NCBI RefSeq assembly: GCF_044704955.1
Contig: NC_092008.1
Span: 4,216,001 to 4,280,000 of the forward strand
Reading direction: 5' to 3'
Length of the DNA: 64,000 nucleotides
From: Pristiophorus japonicus
Lineage: Eukaryota
Below, piece by piece: positions 11,630 to 24,612 of this stretch. Made by a program: the position numbers and the translations under genes. Under the pieces are notes generated by a model. The model did no database searches. It was given only the letters and a program-made list of their open reading frames with translations, and was not told the DNA's origin. How positions within the stretch are numbered: the stretch's first letter is position 1; every line of letters starts with the position of its first letter.

Positions 11630-13165
11630 GGGGACCTCAGTGACGGGGAGAGACTGGAGAAGCTAGTGTTGTTCTCCTTGGAGCAGAGCAGGTTAAGGGG
11701 AGATTTGATAGAGGCGTTCAAACTAGCGAAGGGTTTTGATCGAGTCGATCGGGAGAAGCTGTTCCCCGGGGGGGGGCAGGAGAGCGGGTAACCAGAGGGA
11801 CACAGATTGACGATAATCGGCGATGGAACCCGAGGGGGAGATGGGGGGAGAACGTGTTTACGCAGCGAGTTGTTGTGATCGGGAACGCGCTGCCTGAAAG
11901 CTCGGTGCGAGCAGATTCAATAGCAACTTTCAAACCGGGAATTGGATAAATACTGGAAGGGGAAATATGCCGGGGCTGTGGGGAAAGGGCAGGGGGGGGG
12001 GGAGTGTGGGACTGATTGGGGTCGCTCGGTCACAGAGTCGGCACAGCACGGGGCTCGACGGGCCCGATGGGATCCTCCTGTGCGGTGAGATTGTGCAAAG
12101 AGTGGGAATAAACGGGTCCTTTTCAGAATGGCAGGCAGTGACTAGTGGGGTACCGCAAGGTTCAGTGCTGGGAACCCAGCTGTTTACAATATACATTAAT
12201 GATTTGGATGAAGGAATTGGGTGTAATATCTCCAAGTTTGCAGATGACACTAAGCTGGGTGGCGGTGTGAGCTGTGAGGAGGACGCTAAGAGGCTGCAGG
12301 GTGACTTGGACAGGTTAGGTGAGTGGGCAAATGCATGGCAGATGCAGTATAATGTGGATAAATGTGAGGTTATCCACTTTGGATAAACAGGAAGGCAGAA
12401 TATTATCTGAATGGTGACAGATTAGGAAAAGGGGAGGTGCAACGAGACCTGGGTGTCATGGTACATCAGTCACTGAAAGTTGGCATGCAGGTACAGCAGG
12501 CGGTGAAGAAGGCAAATGGTATGTTGGCCTTCATAGTTCGGGGATTTGAGTATAGGAGCAGGGAGGTCTTACTGCAGCTGTACAGGGCCTTGGTGAGGCC
12601 ACACCTTGAATATTGTGTTCAGTTTTGGTCTCCTAATCTGAGGAAGGACGTTCTTGCTATTGAGGGAGTGCAGCGAAGGTTCACCAGACTGATTCCCGGG
12701 ATGGCTGGACTGACATATGAAGAAAGACTGGATCGACTAGGCTTATATTCAGTGGAGTTTAGAAAAATAAGAGAGAATCTCATAGAAACATATAAAATTC
12801 TGACGGGATTGGACAGGTTAGATGAGGGTAGAATGTTCCCGATGTTGGGGAAGTCCAGAACCAGGGGACACAGTCTAAGGATAAGGGGTAAGCCATTTAG
12901 GACCGAGATGAGGAGAAACTTCTTCACCCAGAGAGTTGCGAACCTGTGGAATTCTCCACCACAGAAAGTTGTTGAGGCCAGTTCGTTAGATACATTCAAA
13001 AGGGAGTTAGATGTGGCCCTTACTGCTAAAGGGATCAGGGGGTATGGAGAGAAAGCAGGAGTGGGATACTGAAGTTGCATGATCAGCTATGATCATATTG
13101 AATGGTGGTGCAGGCTCGAAGGGCCGAATGGCCGTCTCCTGTAACTTTTTCTATGTTTCGATGTA
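11630..13165 (+). mobile_element. Older CR1 fragment (11630-12080) followed by a younger CR1 RT 3' half with tail (12095-13165)
   Basis: [29 protein letters not shown] motifs. Confidence 0.88.
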
Positions 13166-13754
13166 AGTACTGGGACCCATTGGTTATTGGGTAATCCTAC
13201 TCTGCTCTGAATCACACCCTCAGCTACGCACAAAACACAGGGAGCCGGCTGAAACCTGCGAGGGGGCAGAGTTTCGGTGTTTAATGCCCGTATCGCCTGA
13301 TCAACTCACAACCCACACCGAACGTCCTCTCTACCCGCCCCCTGACAATCGCCCTGTCGGCAACAAAGGCAGTGCTGTTAATTATCAACCCCTCGTTAGT
13401 ATATAACTTGGCTCCCGACTGAACAAAGGCCGGTTCTGGATGCCGTGGAATCATTGAAGGCTTTTTCTTTTAAGGAAACAAAAAAATGTTTCTCTCTGTT
13501 TCTTTGTTCTCCCGCGTTCTCATCGTTCTCCCACCACACAGTTCCCCCCACCCCCTCCTCACCCGAAGGCACCAAACCCTTCCCCCCGGATCATGGTGGC
13601 AGTCCACGGGAGCCTCCCTCACCACACCCGAGCAACTCCCGGCCCCTGGCGTCATCCGCCGTCCGGCTATTCGACTTGGAGAGGCGTCGTGGTAAAGCCC
13701 GATCTTGCCCCCGTGGATCGTTGGGGGAGACGGCGTCCTCCGTCTCCTCGGAAC

Positions 13755-14500
13755 ATAGGAAGAGGAGGGGGCCGTTCAGCCCCTCGAGCCGGTTACATTA
13801 GGGACAGGAGGGGGCCGTTCAGCCCCTCGAGCCTGTTACATTAGGAACAGGAGGAGGCCGTTCAGCCCCTCGAGCCTGTTACATTAGGGACAGGAGGAGG
13901 CCGTTCAGCCCCTCGAGCCTGTTACATTAGGGACAGGAGGAGGCCGTTCAGCCCCTCGAGCCTGTTACATTAGGGAACAGGAGGAGGCCGTTCAGCCCCT
14001 CGAGCCTGTTACATTAGGAACAGGAGGAGGCCGTTCAGCCCCTCGAGCCTGTTACATTAGGAACAGGAGGAGGCCGTTCAGCCCCTCGAGCCTGTTACAT
14101 TAGGAACAGGAGGAGGCCGTTCAGCCCCTCGAGCCTGTTACATTAGGGACAGGAGGAGGCCATTCAGCCCCTCGAGCCTGTTACATTAGGGACAGGAGGA
14201 GGCCGTTCAGCCCCTCGAGCCTGTTACATTAGGAACAGGAGGAGGCCGTTCAGCCCCTCGAGCCTGTTACATTAGGGACAGGAGGAGGCCGTTCAGCCCC
14301 TCGAGCCTGTTAGATTAGGAACAGGAGGAGGCCGTTCAGCCCCTCGAGCCTGTTACATTAGGAACAGGAGGAGGCCATTCAGCCCCTCGAGCCTGTTACA
14401 TTAGGGACAGGAGGAGGCCGTTCAGCCCCTCGAGCCTGTTACATTAGGGACAGGAGGAGGCCGTTCAGCCCCTCGAGCCTGTTACATTAGGGACAGGAGG
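13755..14500 (-). repeat. 43-bp minisatellite derived from the CR1 3' terminus
   Basis: Minus-strand unit aggctcgaggggctgaacggcctcctcctgtccctaatgtaac, about 17 copies. Confidence 0.92.
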
Positions 14501-15510
14501 AGATTCTGAAGGGGCTGGACAGGGTAGATGCAGAGAGGATATTTCCCCCTCGTGGGGGAATCTAGAACTAGGGGGCATAGCCTCAGAGTAAGGGGTCGCC
14601 CATTTAAGACGGAGATGAGGAATTTCTTCTGGTGAATCTGTGGAATTCTCTGCCCCAGAGAGCTGTGGGGGGCTGGGTCATTGAATATATTTAAGGTGGA
14701 GATAGACAGACTTTTGAGCGATAAGGGAGTGAAGGGGCGGGCGGGGAAGTGGAGCTGAGTCCATGATCGGATCAGCTGCGATGGTATTAAATGGCGGAGC
14801 AGGTTCGAGGGGCCGAATGGCCGACTCCTGCTCCTGTTTCTGATGTAACTGAACGCTGTTACTCCAGATACGATCTGACAAGAGCTTTATGTCCCTAGAA
14901 CCGAACTCCCACCCATTTCTGCTCTTTCATGTTTTGTTAAACTCTTTGCTCACGGACGTGATCAGGTGACCTATCAAAGTTCTATCTGAGGAAGGACGTT
15001 CTTGCTATTGAGGGAGTGCAGCGAAGGTTCACCAGACTGATTCCTGGGATGGCAGGACTGACATATGAAGAAAGACTGGATCGACTGGGCTTATATTCAC
15101 TGGAGTTTAGAAGGATGAGAGGAGACCTCATAGAAACATATAAAATGCTGACGGGACTGGACAGATTAGATGCAGGAAGAATGTTCCTGATGTTGGGGAA
15201 GTCCAGAACCAGGGGTCACAGTCTAAGGATAAGGGGTAAGCCATTTAGGACCGAGATGAGGAGAAACTTCTTCACTCAGAGAATTGTGAACCTGTGGAAT
15301 TCTCTACCACAGAAAGTTGTTGAGGCCAATTCGTTAGATATATTCAAGAGGGAGTTAGATGTGGCCCTTACGGCTAAAGGGATCAAGGGGTGTGGAGAGA
15401 AAGCAGGAATGGGGTACTGAGGTGAATGATCAGCCATGATCTTATTGAATGGTGGTGCAGGCTCGAAGGGCCGAATGGCCTACTCCTGCACCTATTTTCT
15501 ATGTTTCTAT
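14500..15510 (+). mobile_element. Two CR1 3' fragments (14500-14845; 14985-15510)
   Basis: RTRGH, LWNSLP motifs, 3' UTRs and tails. Confidence 0.85.
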
Positions 15511-15716
15511 GGAGACCGAGTTTGGCTCTGGGGCTGAGGTTCAGGTGCACAAACATGCCTTGCCATTAGGGGGCGCCCTCGTAGCATAGAATGCCATTCG
15601 GCCCATCGTTCCTGTGCCGGCTCTGTGAAAACAGCGATCCCAGCAGCCCCACGCCCCCCAGCTCTTGCTCCATAGCCCTGCTGGGCCTCCTCACGTACAG
15701 CGCCTCACCCTAGCAG

Positions 15717-16712
15717 TGTCAGCTGTGGCTCAGCGGGTCGCACTCTCGCCCGAGTCAGAAGGTCGTGGGTTCGAGCCCCCGCTCCAGAGATCCGAGCCCC
15801 ATAATCCAGGCCCTCCCCTTCCCCGGTGCCAGTACTGAGGGAGCGCCGCACTGTCGGAGGGGCGGTACTGAGGGAGTGCCGCACTGTCGGAGGGGCAGTA
15901 CTGAGGGAGTGTCGCACTGTCGGAGGGGCGGTACTGAGGGAGTGCCGCACTGTCGGAGGGGCAGTACTGAGGGAGTGTCGCACTGTCGGAGGGGCGATAC
16001 TGAGGGAGTGCCGCACTGTCGGAGGGGCAGTACTGAGGGAGCGCCGCACTGTCGGAGGGGCAGTACTGAGGGAGTGCCGTACTGTCGGAGGGGCAGTACT
16101 GAGGGAGTGTCGCACTGTCGGAGGGGCGGTACTGAGGGAGTGCCGCACTGTCGGAGGGGCAGTACTGAGGGAGCGCCGCGCTGTCGGAGGGGCGGTACTG
16201 AGGGAGTGCCGCACTGTCGGAGGGGCAGTACTGAGGGAGTGCCGCACTGTCGGAGGGGCGGTACTGAGGGAGTGCCGCACTGTCGGAGGGGCGGTACTGA
16301 GGGAGCCCCGCGCTGTCGGAGGGGCGGTACTGAGGGAGCGCCGCACTGTCGGAGGGGCAGTACTGAGGGAGTGCTGCACTGTCGGAGGGACTCTCTTTCG
16401 AACGAGACGTTAAACCGAGGCCCCGTCTGCCCTCTCGGGTGGATGTAAAAGATCCCGGGGCCACTATTGGAAGAAGAGCAGGGGGAGTTCTCCCCGGTGT
16501 CCTGGGGCCAATATTTATCCCTCGACCAACATCACTAAAACAGACGATCCGGGTCATTATCACATCGCTGTGTGTGGGAGCTTGCTGTGCGCAAATTGGC
16601 GTTTCCCACAATGCAACAGTGAGCGCACTTTTTAAAAAGTACTTCATTGGCTGTGAGGCGCTTTGGGATGGACGGAGGTGGTGAAAGGCGCTATATAAAT
16701 GCAAGTCTTTCT
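15717..16712 (+). mobile_element. Full-length Deu-domain SINE with 33-bp tandem expansion (about 15830-16390)
   Basis: A-box-like gtggctcagcggg, B-box gggttcgagccc, Deu core, tail gcgctatataaatgcaagtctttct. Confidence 0.85.
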
Positions 16713-16998
16713 ATCTCTCAATCCCTAAGAAACATACGTAACCCTCTCTTCACTCCACTAACACGAACAGTTTGAAATACTTTCCCAGTAACTTATTTTA
16801 CAACTCAGTTCCTCGTGATGTATCCCCTCAATTTCTCTCCCACCGGATATTGAAAACGTCACTACAGCCACCATTATCATAGATTAATTTGTTTTAGAAT
16901 CTGGAACATATGTGGTCACTTCAAAGTTCTCGAAACGATACAATCTCGAATTATTGACTGGAATTCCCAATACTTATATCTCCCTTGATTGCTCAGTC

Positions 16999-17712
16999 CC
17001 CATCAAACACTCCCAGGGCAGGTACAGGGGGTTAGATACAGAGTAAAGCTCCCTCTACACTGTCCCATCAAACACTCCCAGGGCAGGTACAGGGGGTTAG
17101 ATACAGAGTAAAGCTCCCTCTACACTGTCCCATCAAACACTCCCAGGGCAGGTACAGCACGGGGTTAGATACAGAGTAAAGCTCCCTCTACACTGTCCCA
17201 TCAAACACTCCCAGGGCAGGTACAGCACGGGGTTAGATACAGAGTAAAGCTCCCTCTACACTGTCCCATCAAACACTCCCAGGGCAGGTACAGGGGGTTA
17301 GATACAGAGTTAAGCTCCCTCTACACTGTCCCATCAAACACTCCCAGGGCAGGTACAGGGGGTTAGATACAGAGTAAAGTTCCCTCTACACTGTCCCATC
17401 AAACACTCCCAGGGCAGGTACAGGGGGTTAGATACAGAGTAAAGCTCCCTCTACACTGTCCCATCAAACACTCCCAGGGCAGGTACAGCACGGGGTTAGA
17501 TACAGAGTAAAGTTCCCTCTACACTGTCCCATCAAACACTCCCAGGGCAGGTACAGGGGGTTAGATACAGAGTTAAGCTCCCTCTACACTGTCCCATCAA
17601 ACACTCCCAGGGCAGGTACAGCACGGGGTTAGATACAGAGTAAAGCTCCCTCTACACTGTCCCATCAAACACTCCCAGGGCAGGTACAGCACGGGGTTTA
17701 GATACAGAGTAA
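16999..17712 (-). repeat. 65-bp minisatellite (same family as 7030-7700, inverted)
   Basis: Reverse complement of the 65-bp unit, about 11 copies. Confidence 0.92.
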
Positions 17713-17919
17713 AATTGGAGCCAGGCCGTTGAGGGGTGATATCAGGAAAGGGCCGAGGGAATCTGGAAGTCGCCTTGGCTCAGTGTGGATGTTGGGAGTC
17801 AGTTGGCGACCGAGATTGAGAGATGTTTGTTCGATGAGCGTATCGAGGGAGATGGAGCCATGGTGCACGGCCTTGGAGATACTGATCAGTTGCAATCTGA
17901 TTAAACAGTGCAACGGGAT

Positions 17920-18295
17920 CGAGGGGCTGAACGGCCTCCTCCTGTCCCTAATGTAACAGGCTCGAGGGGCTGAATGGCCTCCTGTTTCTAATGTAACAGA
18001 CTCGAGGGGCTGAACGGCCTCCTCCTGTCCCTAATGTAACAGGCTCGAGGGGCTGAACGGCCTCCTCCTGTCCCTAATGTAACAGGCTCGAGGGGCTGAA
18101 CGGCCTCCTCCTGTTCCTAATGTAACAGGCTCGAGGGGCTGAACGGCCTCCTCCTGTTCCTAATGTAACAGGCTCGAGGGGCTGAACGGCCTCCTCCTGT
18201 CCCTAATGTAACAGGCTCGAGGGGCTGAACGGCCTCCTCCTGTTCCTAATGTAACAGGCTCGAGGGGCTGAACGGCCTCCTCCTGTTCCTATTTC
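17920..18295 (+). repeat. 43-bp CR1-tail minisatellite
   Basis: Same unit as 13755-14500, at the 3' end of a degraded CR1. Confidence 0.9.
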
Positions 18296-18304
18296 TTGTG
18301 TTCT

Positions 18305-18745
18305 TGTCCCTAATTGCCCCTGGAGAAGGAGGTGGTGAGCCCCCTTCTTGAACCGCTGCAGTCCGTGTGGTGAAGGTGCTCCCACAGTGCTGTTAGGGAG
18401 GGAGTTCCAGGATTGGGACCCAGCGACGATGGAGGAACGGCCGATATATTTCCCAAGTCGAGGGATGGTGTGTGACTGGGAGGGGAACGTGGAGGGGGTG
18501 GTGTTCCCATGGACCTGCTGCCCTTGACCTTCTAGGCGGGTAGAGGTCGCGGGTTCGGGAGGTGCTGCCGAAGAAGCCTTGGCCAGTTGCCGCGGTGCAT
18601 CTTGTGGGCACACTGCAGCCACGGTGCGCCGGTGGTGGAGGGAGTGAGTGTTGGAGGTGGTGGAGGGAGTGAGTGTTGGAGGTGGTGGAGGGAGTGAGTG
18701 TTGGAGGTGGTGGAGGGAGTGAGTGTTGCAGGTGGTGGAGGGAAT
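18305..18745 (-). mobile_element. 3' fragment of a second CR1/L2-like LINE family
   Basis: Translation ..SQSWNSLPNSTVGAPSPHGLQRFKKGAHHLLLQGQL; short tandem ggtggtggagggagtgagtgttgga at its other end. Confidence 0.65.
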
Positions 18746-19039
18746 GGTGAAAAGGGCTACAATCAGGCGAAACTCTCTGTGCTGGGTGATGTCGACTTCT
18801 GGGTTTGTTCCTGCTACACCTGCCCAGGTGAGCTCGGGAGTGTGAAATATTACAATTGTGCATGAAATGTCTGTACATCTACCTGTGTGTGGGTGTGTTT
18901 TATATTCCTGTCACGGAGCGCGTGTTAGTGTTCAACGTCCATTCCATTTCTGGAGTTTGAAAGTCAATATATTTTTATAATAAATGATTTTTAAATTACG
19001 CTTGTGTTTTGCGTCTGACCCTCTGTCCCGCTCTCTGCT

Positions 19040-20832
19040 GTGCCAGCAGTGGCTCAATGGTCAACACACTCGCCTCGGAGTCAGAAGGTTGTGGGTTCGA
19101 GTCACACTCCAGGGACTCGAGCACAAAAGTCTATGCCCGACACTTCCAGTACTGAGGGAGCGCCGCACTGCGCTGTCGGAGGGGCGGTACTGAGGGAGCG
19201 CCGCACTGCGCTGTCGGAGGGGCGGTACTGAGGGAGCGCCGCACTGTCGGAGGGGCGGTACTGAGGGAGCACCGCACTGTCGGAGGGGCAGTACTGAGGG
19301 AGCACCGCACTGTCGGAGGGGCGGTACTGAGGGAGCGCCGCACTGCGCTGTCGGAGGGGCGGTACTGAGGGAGCGCCGCACTGCGCTGTCGGAGGGGCGG
19401 TACTGAGGGAGCACCGCACTGTCGGAGGGGCAGTACTGAGGGAGCACCGCACTGCGCTGTCGGAGGGGCGGTACTGAGGGAGCGCCGCACTGTCGGAGGG
19501 GCGGTACTGAGGGAGCACCGCACTGTGCTGTCGGAGGGACAGTACTGAGGGAGCGCCGCACTGTCGGAGGGGCAGTACTGAGGGAGCACCGCACTGTCGG
19601 AGGGGCGGTACTGAGGGAGCGCCGCACTGTGGGAGGGGCGGTACTGAGGGAGCGCCGCACTGTGGGAGGGGCGGTACTGAGGGAGCGCCGCACTGTGGGA
19701 GGGGCGGTACTGAGGGAGCGCCGCACTGTCGGAGGGGCAGTAATGAGGGAGTGCCATACTGTCGGAGGGGCCGTCTTTCTGGATGAGACACACCGAGGCC
19801 TTGTTTGCTCTGTCGGGAGGATGTAAAAGATCCCATGGTATTTCTTGTACATTCCAGAGGGATGATTTCACCGAGTGAGATAACGCTACACAGTAACTGG
19901 CAGCAAACTGGAACGAACAGCAAACATCCGTGGAGTCCTGGGGCAGGAACACGTTCAGCATTAGAGCACTGACCCACATCAGTAACCAGACCAGGCTCTC
20001 TCCAGGTGTCGGCTGTGACTCCGTGCGTAGCACACCTGCCTCCGAGTCAGACGTGATCACAAAATCCAGTCCGACACTCCCCGTGCAGTACTGAGGGAGC
20101 ACCGCACTGTCGGAGGGGCAGTACTGAGGGAGCGCCGCACTGTTGGAGGGGCGGTACTGAGGGAGCCCCGCACTGTCGGAGGGGCAGTACTGAGGGAGAG
20201 CCGCACTGTCGGAGGGGCGGTACTGAGGGAGCCCCGCACTGTCGGAGGGGCAGTACTGAGGAAGAGCCGCACTGTCGGAGGGGCGGTACTGAGGGAGCCC
20301 CGCACTGTCGGAGGGGCAGTACTGAGGAAGAGCCGCACTGTCGGAGGGGCAGTACTGAGGGAGCCCCGCACTGTCGGAGGGGCAGTACTGAGGGAGCGCC
20401 GCACTGTCGGAGGGGCGGTACTGAGGGAGTGCCGCACTGTCGGAGGGGCGGTACTGAGGGAGCGCCGCACTGTCGGAGGGGCGGTACTGAGGGAGCGCCG
20501 CACTGTCGGAGGGGCGGTACTGAGGGAGCGCCGCACTGTCGGAGGGGCGGTACTGAGGGAGCGCCGCACTGTCGGAGGGGCGGTACTGAGGGAGCGCCGC
20601 ACTGTCGGAGGGGCGGTACTGAGGGAGCCCCGCACTGTCGGAGGGGCGGTACTGAGGGAGCGCCGCACTGTCTGCGGGGCGGTACTGAGGGAGTGCCGCA
20701 CTGTCGGAGGGGCGGTACTGAGGTAGAGCTGCACTGTCGGAGGGGCAGTACTGAGGGAGAGCCGCACTGTCGGAGGGGCGGTACTGAGGGAGTGCCGCAC
20801 TGTCGGAGGGGCGGTACTGAGGGAGCGCCGCG
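19040..20832 (+). mobile_element. Two Deu-SINE copies with 33/38-bp expansions (about 19148-19775 and 20087-20830)
   Basis: tRNA-like heads at about 19045 and 20010; unit gtactgagggagcgccgcactgtcggaggggcg. Confidence 0.82.
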
Positions 20833-21249
20833 AGGAACGAAATGAATTTCCGTTTAATTTCGCTATTCTCTTGTTGAAAACAAGTCTGGACAGGAGGCTA
20901 CGAGGGGTACAGGCCTCAGAGAAATCACGTGCCAGCAGCACATTGGAGCGGGACAATATTTCTCTTGTTGTTCCCCTGGTGCCTGTGCAACCCCCAACCC
21001 CTCCGCAAAACTCGTCTGACTAATCTTCCTCGGCCCTCAATATGTATTTCTTTCCCTCGGACTGTCGTCCCCCTGCCCACCGTTCGAAGGAGAGCAGGGG
21101 TGGGTAACGAGGGAGATTATTGCCTGTCTCCCTGGCAACCAGAGGTCCCTGTACTCATTGGAGTTTCGAAGAATGAGAGGTGATCTTATTGAAACGTATC
21201 AGATTCTGAGGGGGGCTGGACAGGGGAGATGCAGAGAGGATGTTTCAAG

Positions 21250-21620
21250 CGAGCCAAAGGTGGGCAGAGGGAACGTTACAAGGGACCACCCTCAAAGCCT
21301 CCCTGATAAAGTGCAACATCCCCCACCGACACCTGGGAGTCCCTGGGCCCAAAGACCAGTCCGCCCTAAGTGGAGGAAGTGCATCCGGGAGGGCGCTGAG
21401 CACCTCGAGTCTCGTCGCCGAGAGCGTGCAGAAACCAAGCGCAGGCAGCGGAAGGAGCGTGCGGCAAACCAGTCCCACCCTCCCCTTCCCTCAACCACTG
21501 TCTGTCCCACCTGCGACAGGGACTGTGGCTCCCGTATTGGACTGTTCAGCCACCCAAGGACTCATGCTAAGAGTGGAAGCAAGTCTTCCTCGATTCCGAG
21601 GGACTGCCTAAGATGAAGGA
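21250..21620 (+). mobile_element. RTE-clade LINE 3' fragment
   Basis: KWRKCIREGAEHLE..CPTCDRDCGSRIGLFSH (C-terminal zinc finger typical of RTE). Confidence 0.85.
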
Positions 21621-21629
21621 ATGGCAGAA

Positions 21630-22390
21630 CAGGAACGGCCTCCTCCTGTCCCTAATGTAACAGGCTCGAGGGGCTGAACAGCCTCCTCCTGTCCCTAATG
21701 TAACAGACTCGAGGGGCTGAACGGCCTCCTCCTGTCCCTAATGTAACAGGCTCGAGGGGCTGAACGGCCTCCTCCTGTCCCTAATGTAACAGGCTCGAGG
21801 GGCTGAACGGCCTCCTCCTGTCCCTAATGTAACAGGCTCGAGGGGCTGAACGGCCTCCTCCTGTCCCTAATGTAACAGACTCGAGGTGCTGAACGGCCTC
21901 CTCCTGCTCCTAATGTAACAGGCTCGAGGGGCTGAACGGCCTCCTCCTGTCCCTAATGTAACAGGCTCGAGGGGCTGAACGGCCTCCTCCTGTCCCTAAT
22001 GTAACAGGCTCGAGGGGCTGAACGGCCTCCTCCTGTCCCTAATGTAACAGGCTCGAGGGGCTGAATGGGCCTCCTCCTGTCCCTAATGTAACAGGCTCGA
22101 GGGGCTGAACGGCCTCCTCCTGTCCCTAATGTAACAGGCTCGAGGGGCTGAACGGCCTCCTCCTGTCCCTAATGTAACAGGCTCGAGGGGCTGAACGGCC
22201 TCCTCCTGTCCCTAATGTAACAGGCTCGAGGGGCTGAACGGCCTCCTCCTGTCCCTAATGTAACAGGCTCGAGGGGCTGAATGGGCCTCCTCCTGTTCCT
22301 AATGTAACAGGCTCGAGGGGCTGAATGGGCCTCCTCCTGTCCCTAATGTAACAGGCTCGAGGGGCTGAATGGGCCTCCTCCTGTTCCTGT
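21630..22390 (+). repeat. 43-bp CR1-tail minisatellite
   Basis: About 17 copies of the same unit. Confidence 0.92.
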
Positions 22391-23029
22391 GGAACAGAGG
22401 AGGCTGAGGGGAGATTTAATTGAGGTGTGAGGGGCCTGGACAGAGTGGATAGGATGGACCTGTTTCCCTTGGCAGAGGGGTCAACAACCAGGGGGCAGAG
22501 ATTGAAAGTAATTGGGGGGGAGGTTTTGAGGGGATTTGAGGGGAAATGTCTTCACCCAGAGGGTGGTGGGGGTCTGGGGGGGAACTCGCTGCCTGAAAGG
22601 GTGGTAGAGGCAGAAACCCTCACCACATTTGGACGTGCGCTCGAAGTGCTGTAACCCACAGGGCTACGGACCCAGAGCGGGAAAGTGGGATTAGGCCGGG
22701 ATGGCTCTTGGTCGGCCGGCACAACGCGGACACGATGGGCCGAATGGCCTCCTTCCCGCGCTGTAAACTTCTCCGATTCATTGTGCGATGGGCGGGAAAT
22801 CAGTTTTGCCTATTTACCGAGCGGGTACAGGAACGGTGATGGGCAGAGGCAAGTTGTTGGCTCCGTGTAAACACAAGACTCTCTCCAACATTCCTCAGGG
22901 CTGACAGCAGATATACAGTAACCAGCACTCAGCAGTCGAGAGCTGGGCGGGAACGTGTACCGTGTCCTTGGGCAGGAACACAATCATCGTTAGCCGACAA
23001 ATGAGCCACATCGGAGAATTCCAGGAGCT

Positions 23030-23480
23030 GGCTGTGGGTCCCACGCTCGCCTCCGAGTCATAAGGTCGTGGGTTCAAGCCCCCGTGATACAAGACGGTAC
23101 TGAGGGAGTGCCGCACTGCGCTGTCGGAGGGGCGGTACTGAGGGAGTGCCGCACTGCGCTGTCGGAGGGGCGGTACTGAGGGAGTGCCGCACTGCGCTGT
23201 CGGAGGGGCGGTACTGAGGGAGCGCAGCACTGCGCTGTCGGAGGGGCGGTACTGAGGGAGCGCCGCACTGCGCTGTCGGAGGGGCGGTACTGAGGGAGCG
23301 CCGCACTGCGCTGTCGGAGGGGCGGTATTTTGGATGAGACGTTAAACCGAGGCCCCGTCTGCCCTCTCGGGCGGATGTAAAAGATCCCGGGGCCACTATT
23401 GGAAGAAGAGCAGGGGGAGTTCTCCCCGGTGTCCTGGGGCCAATATTTATCCCGCGACCAACATCACTAAAACAGAGATG
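23030..23480 (+). mobile_element. Deu-SINE with 38-bp expansion
   Basis: Head gggttcaagccc, repeats 23095-23330, Deu core. Confidence 0.8.
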
Positions 23481-23483
23481 ACG

Positions 23484-24075
23484 GGAGTGTTTGATGGGAC
23501 AGTGTAGAGGGAGCTTTACTCTGTATCTAACCCCCTGTACCTGCCCTGGGAGTGTTTGATGGGGACAGTGTAGAGGGAGCTTTACTCTGTATCTAACCCC
23601 CTGTACCTGCCCTGGGAATGTTTGATGGGGACAGTGTAGAGGGAGCTTTACTCTGTATCTAACTCCCTGTACCTGCCCTGGGAATGTTTGATGGGACAGT
23701 GTAGAGGGAGCTTTACTCTGTATCTAACCCCCTGTACCTGCCCTGGGAGTGTTTGATTGGACAGTGTAGAGGGAGCTTTACTCTGTATCTAACCCCCTGT
23801 ACCTGCCCTGGGAGTGTTTGATGGAGACAGTGTAGAGGGAGCTTTACTCTGTATCTAACCCCGTGTACCTGCCCTGGGATTGTTTGATAGGACAGTGTAG
23901 AGGGAGCTTTACTCTGTATCTAATCCCCTGTACCTGCCCTGGAAGTGTTTGATGGGACAGTGTAGAGGGAGCTTTACTCTGTATCTAACCCCCTGTACCT
24001 GCCCTGGGAGTGTTTGATGGGACAGTGTAGAGGGAGCTTTACTCTGTATCTAACCCCCTTTACCTGCCCTGGGAG
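23484..24075 (+). repeat. 65-bp minisatellite
   Basis: About 9 copies of the same unit as 7030-7700. Confidence 0.92.
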
Positions 24076-24612
24076 GGGGTTCACTCGGGAGGAGGGCAGC
24101 TCCGAAACGGTTAACTACACACAATGGATTGAGATATGAGCCAAATCTTTGGTAATCCGAGATTGCCAGACCTCAGGTACATTGTCCAGCAATCTTAAAC
24201 AACAGAAAAAGCAGCTTTGTGGCAGAGATGAATATCTCTGCCAATTGTGTAAGGAGTGAGACAATGGGGGGATTGTTTGCCAACTGATTTTATTGTGAGG
24301 ACAGACGCAATCTCTCCCCCCACGGCCGCCCACCACGGACCCCCCCACCCCGCGGTGTGAGTGTACTGCTGAATGATTTACGAGTCTCCCATTTTGCACA
24401 ATCCAGCGAGCAAACAGCGTGTCGGCATCTGCGGTTACAGCAACCACCGGACTCCGTCCGGGGCCACCCAGGACATTCTGTCCCTCCGCCCATCTGCTAT
24501 TTTCCTCGGGTTTGGCCCCAGGCTCCCAGGTCAGAGACAAGGAAGGCAGGAAAAGAGAGGAGGGTAGAAAGAGAGAGAGAGAGAGAGAGACAGAGACAGA
24601 GAAAGAATTAAT

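Noticed and set aside
13755-14500. CRISPR-like regular repeats (also the 65-bp and 33-bp arrays)
   Set aside because: Head-to-tail units without unique spacers, no cas genes, and a vertebrate context
15717-15790. tRNA gene (also about 19045, 23030, 59226)
   Set aside because: A/B-box-like heads of SINEs with no complete cloverleaf
24290-24493. Cys-rich 67-aa minus-strand ORF
   Set aside because: No recognisable domain, weak splice context and no partner exons
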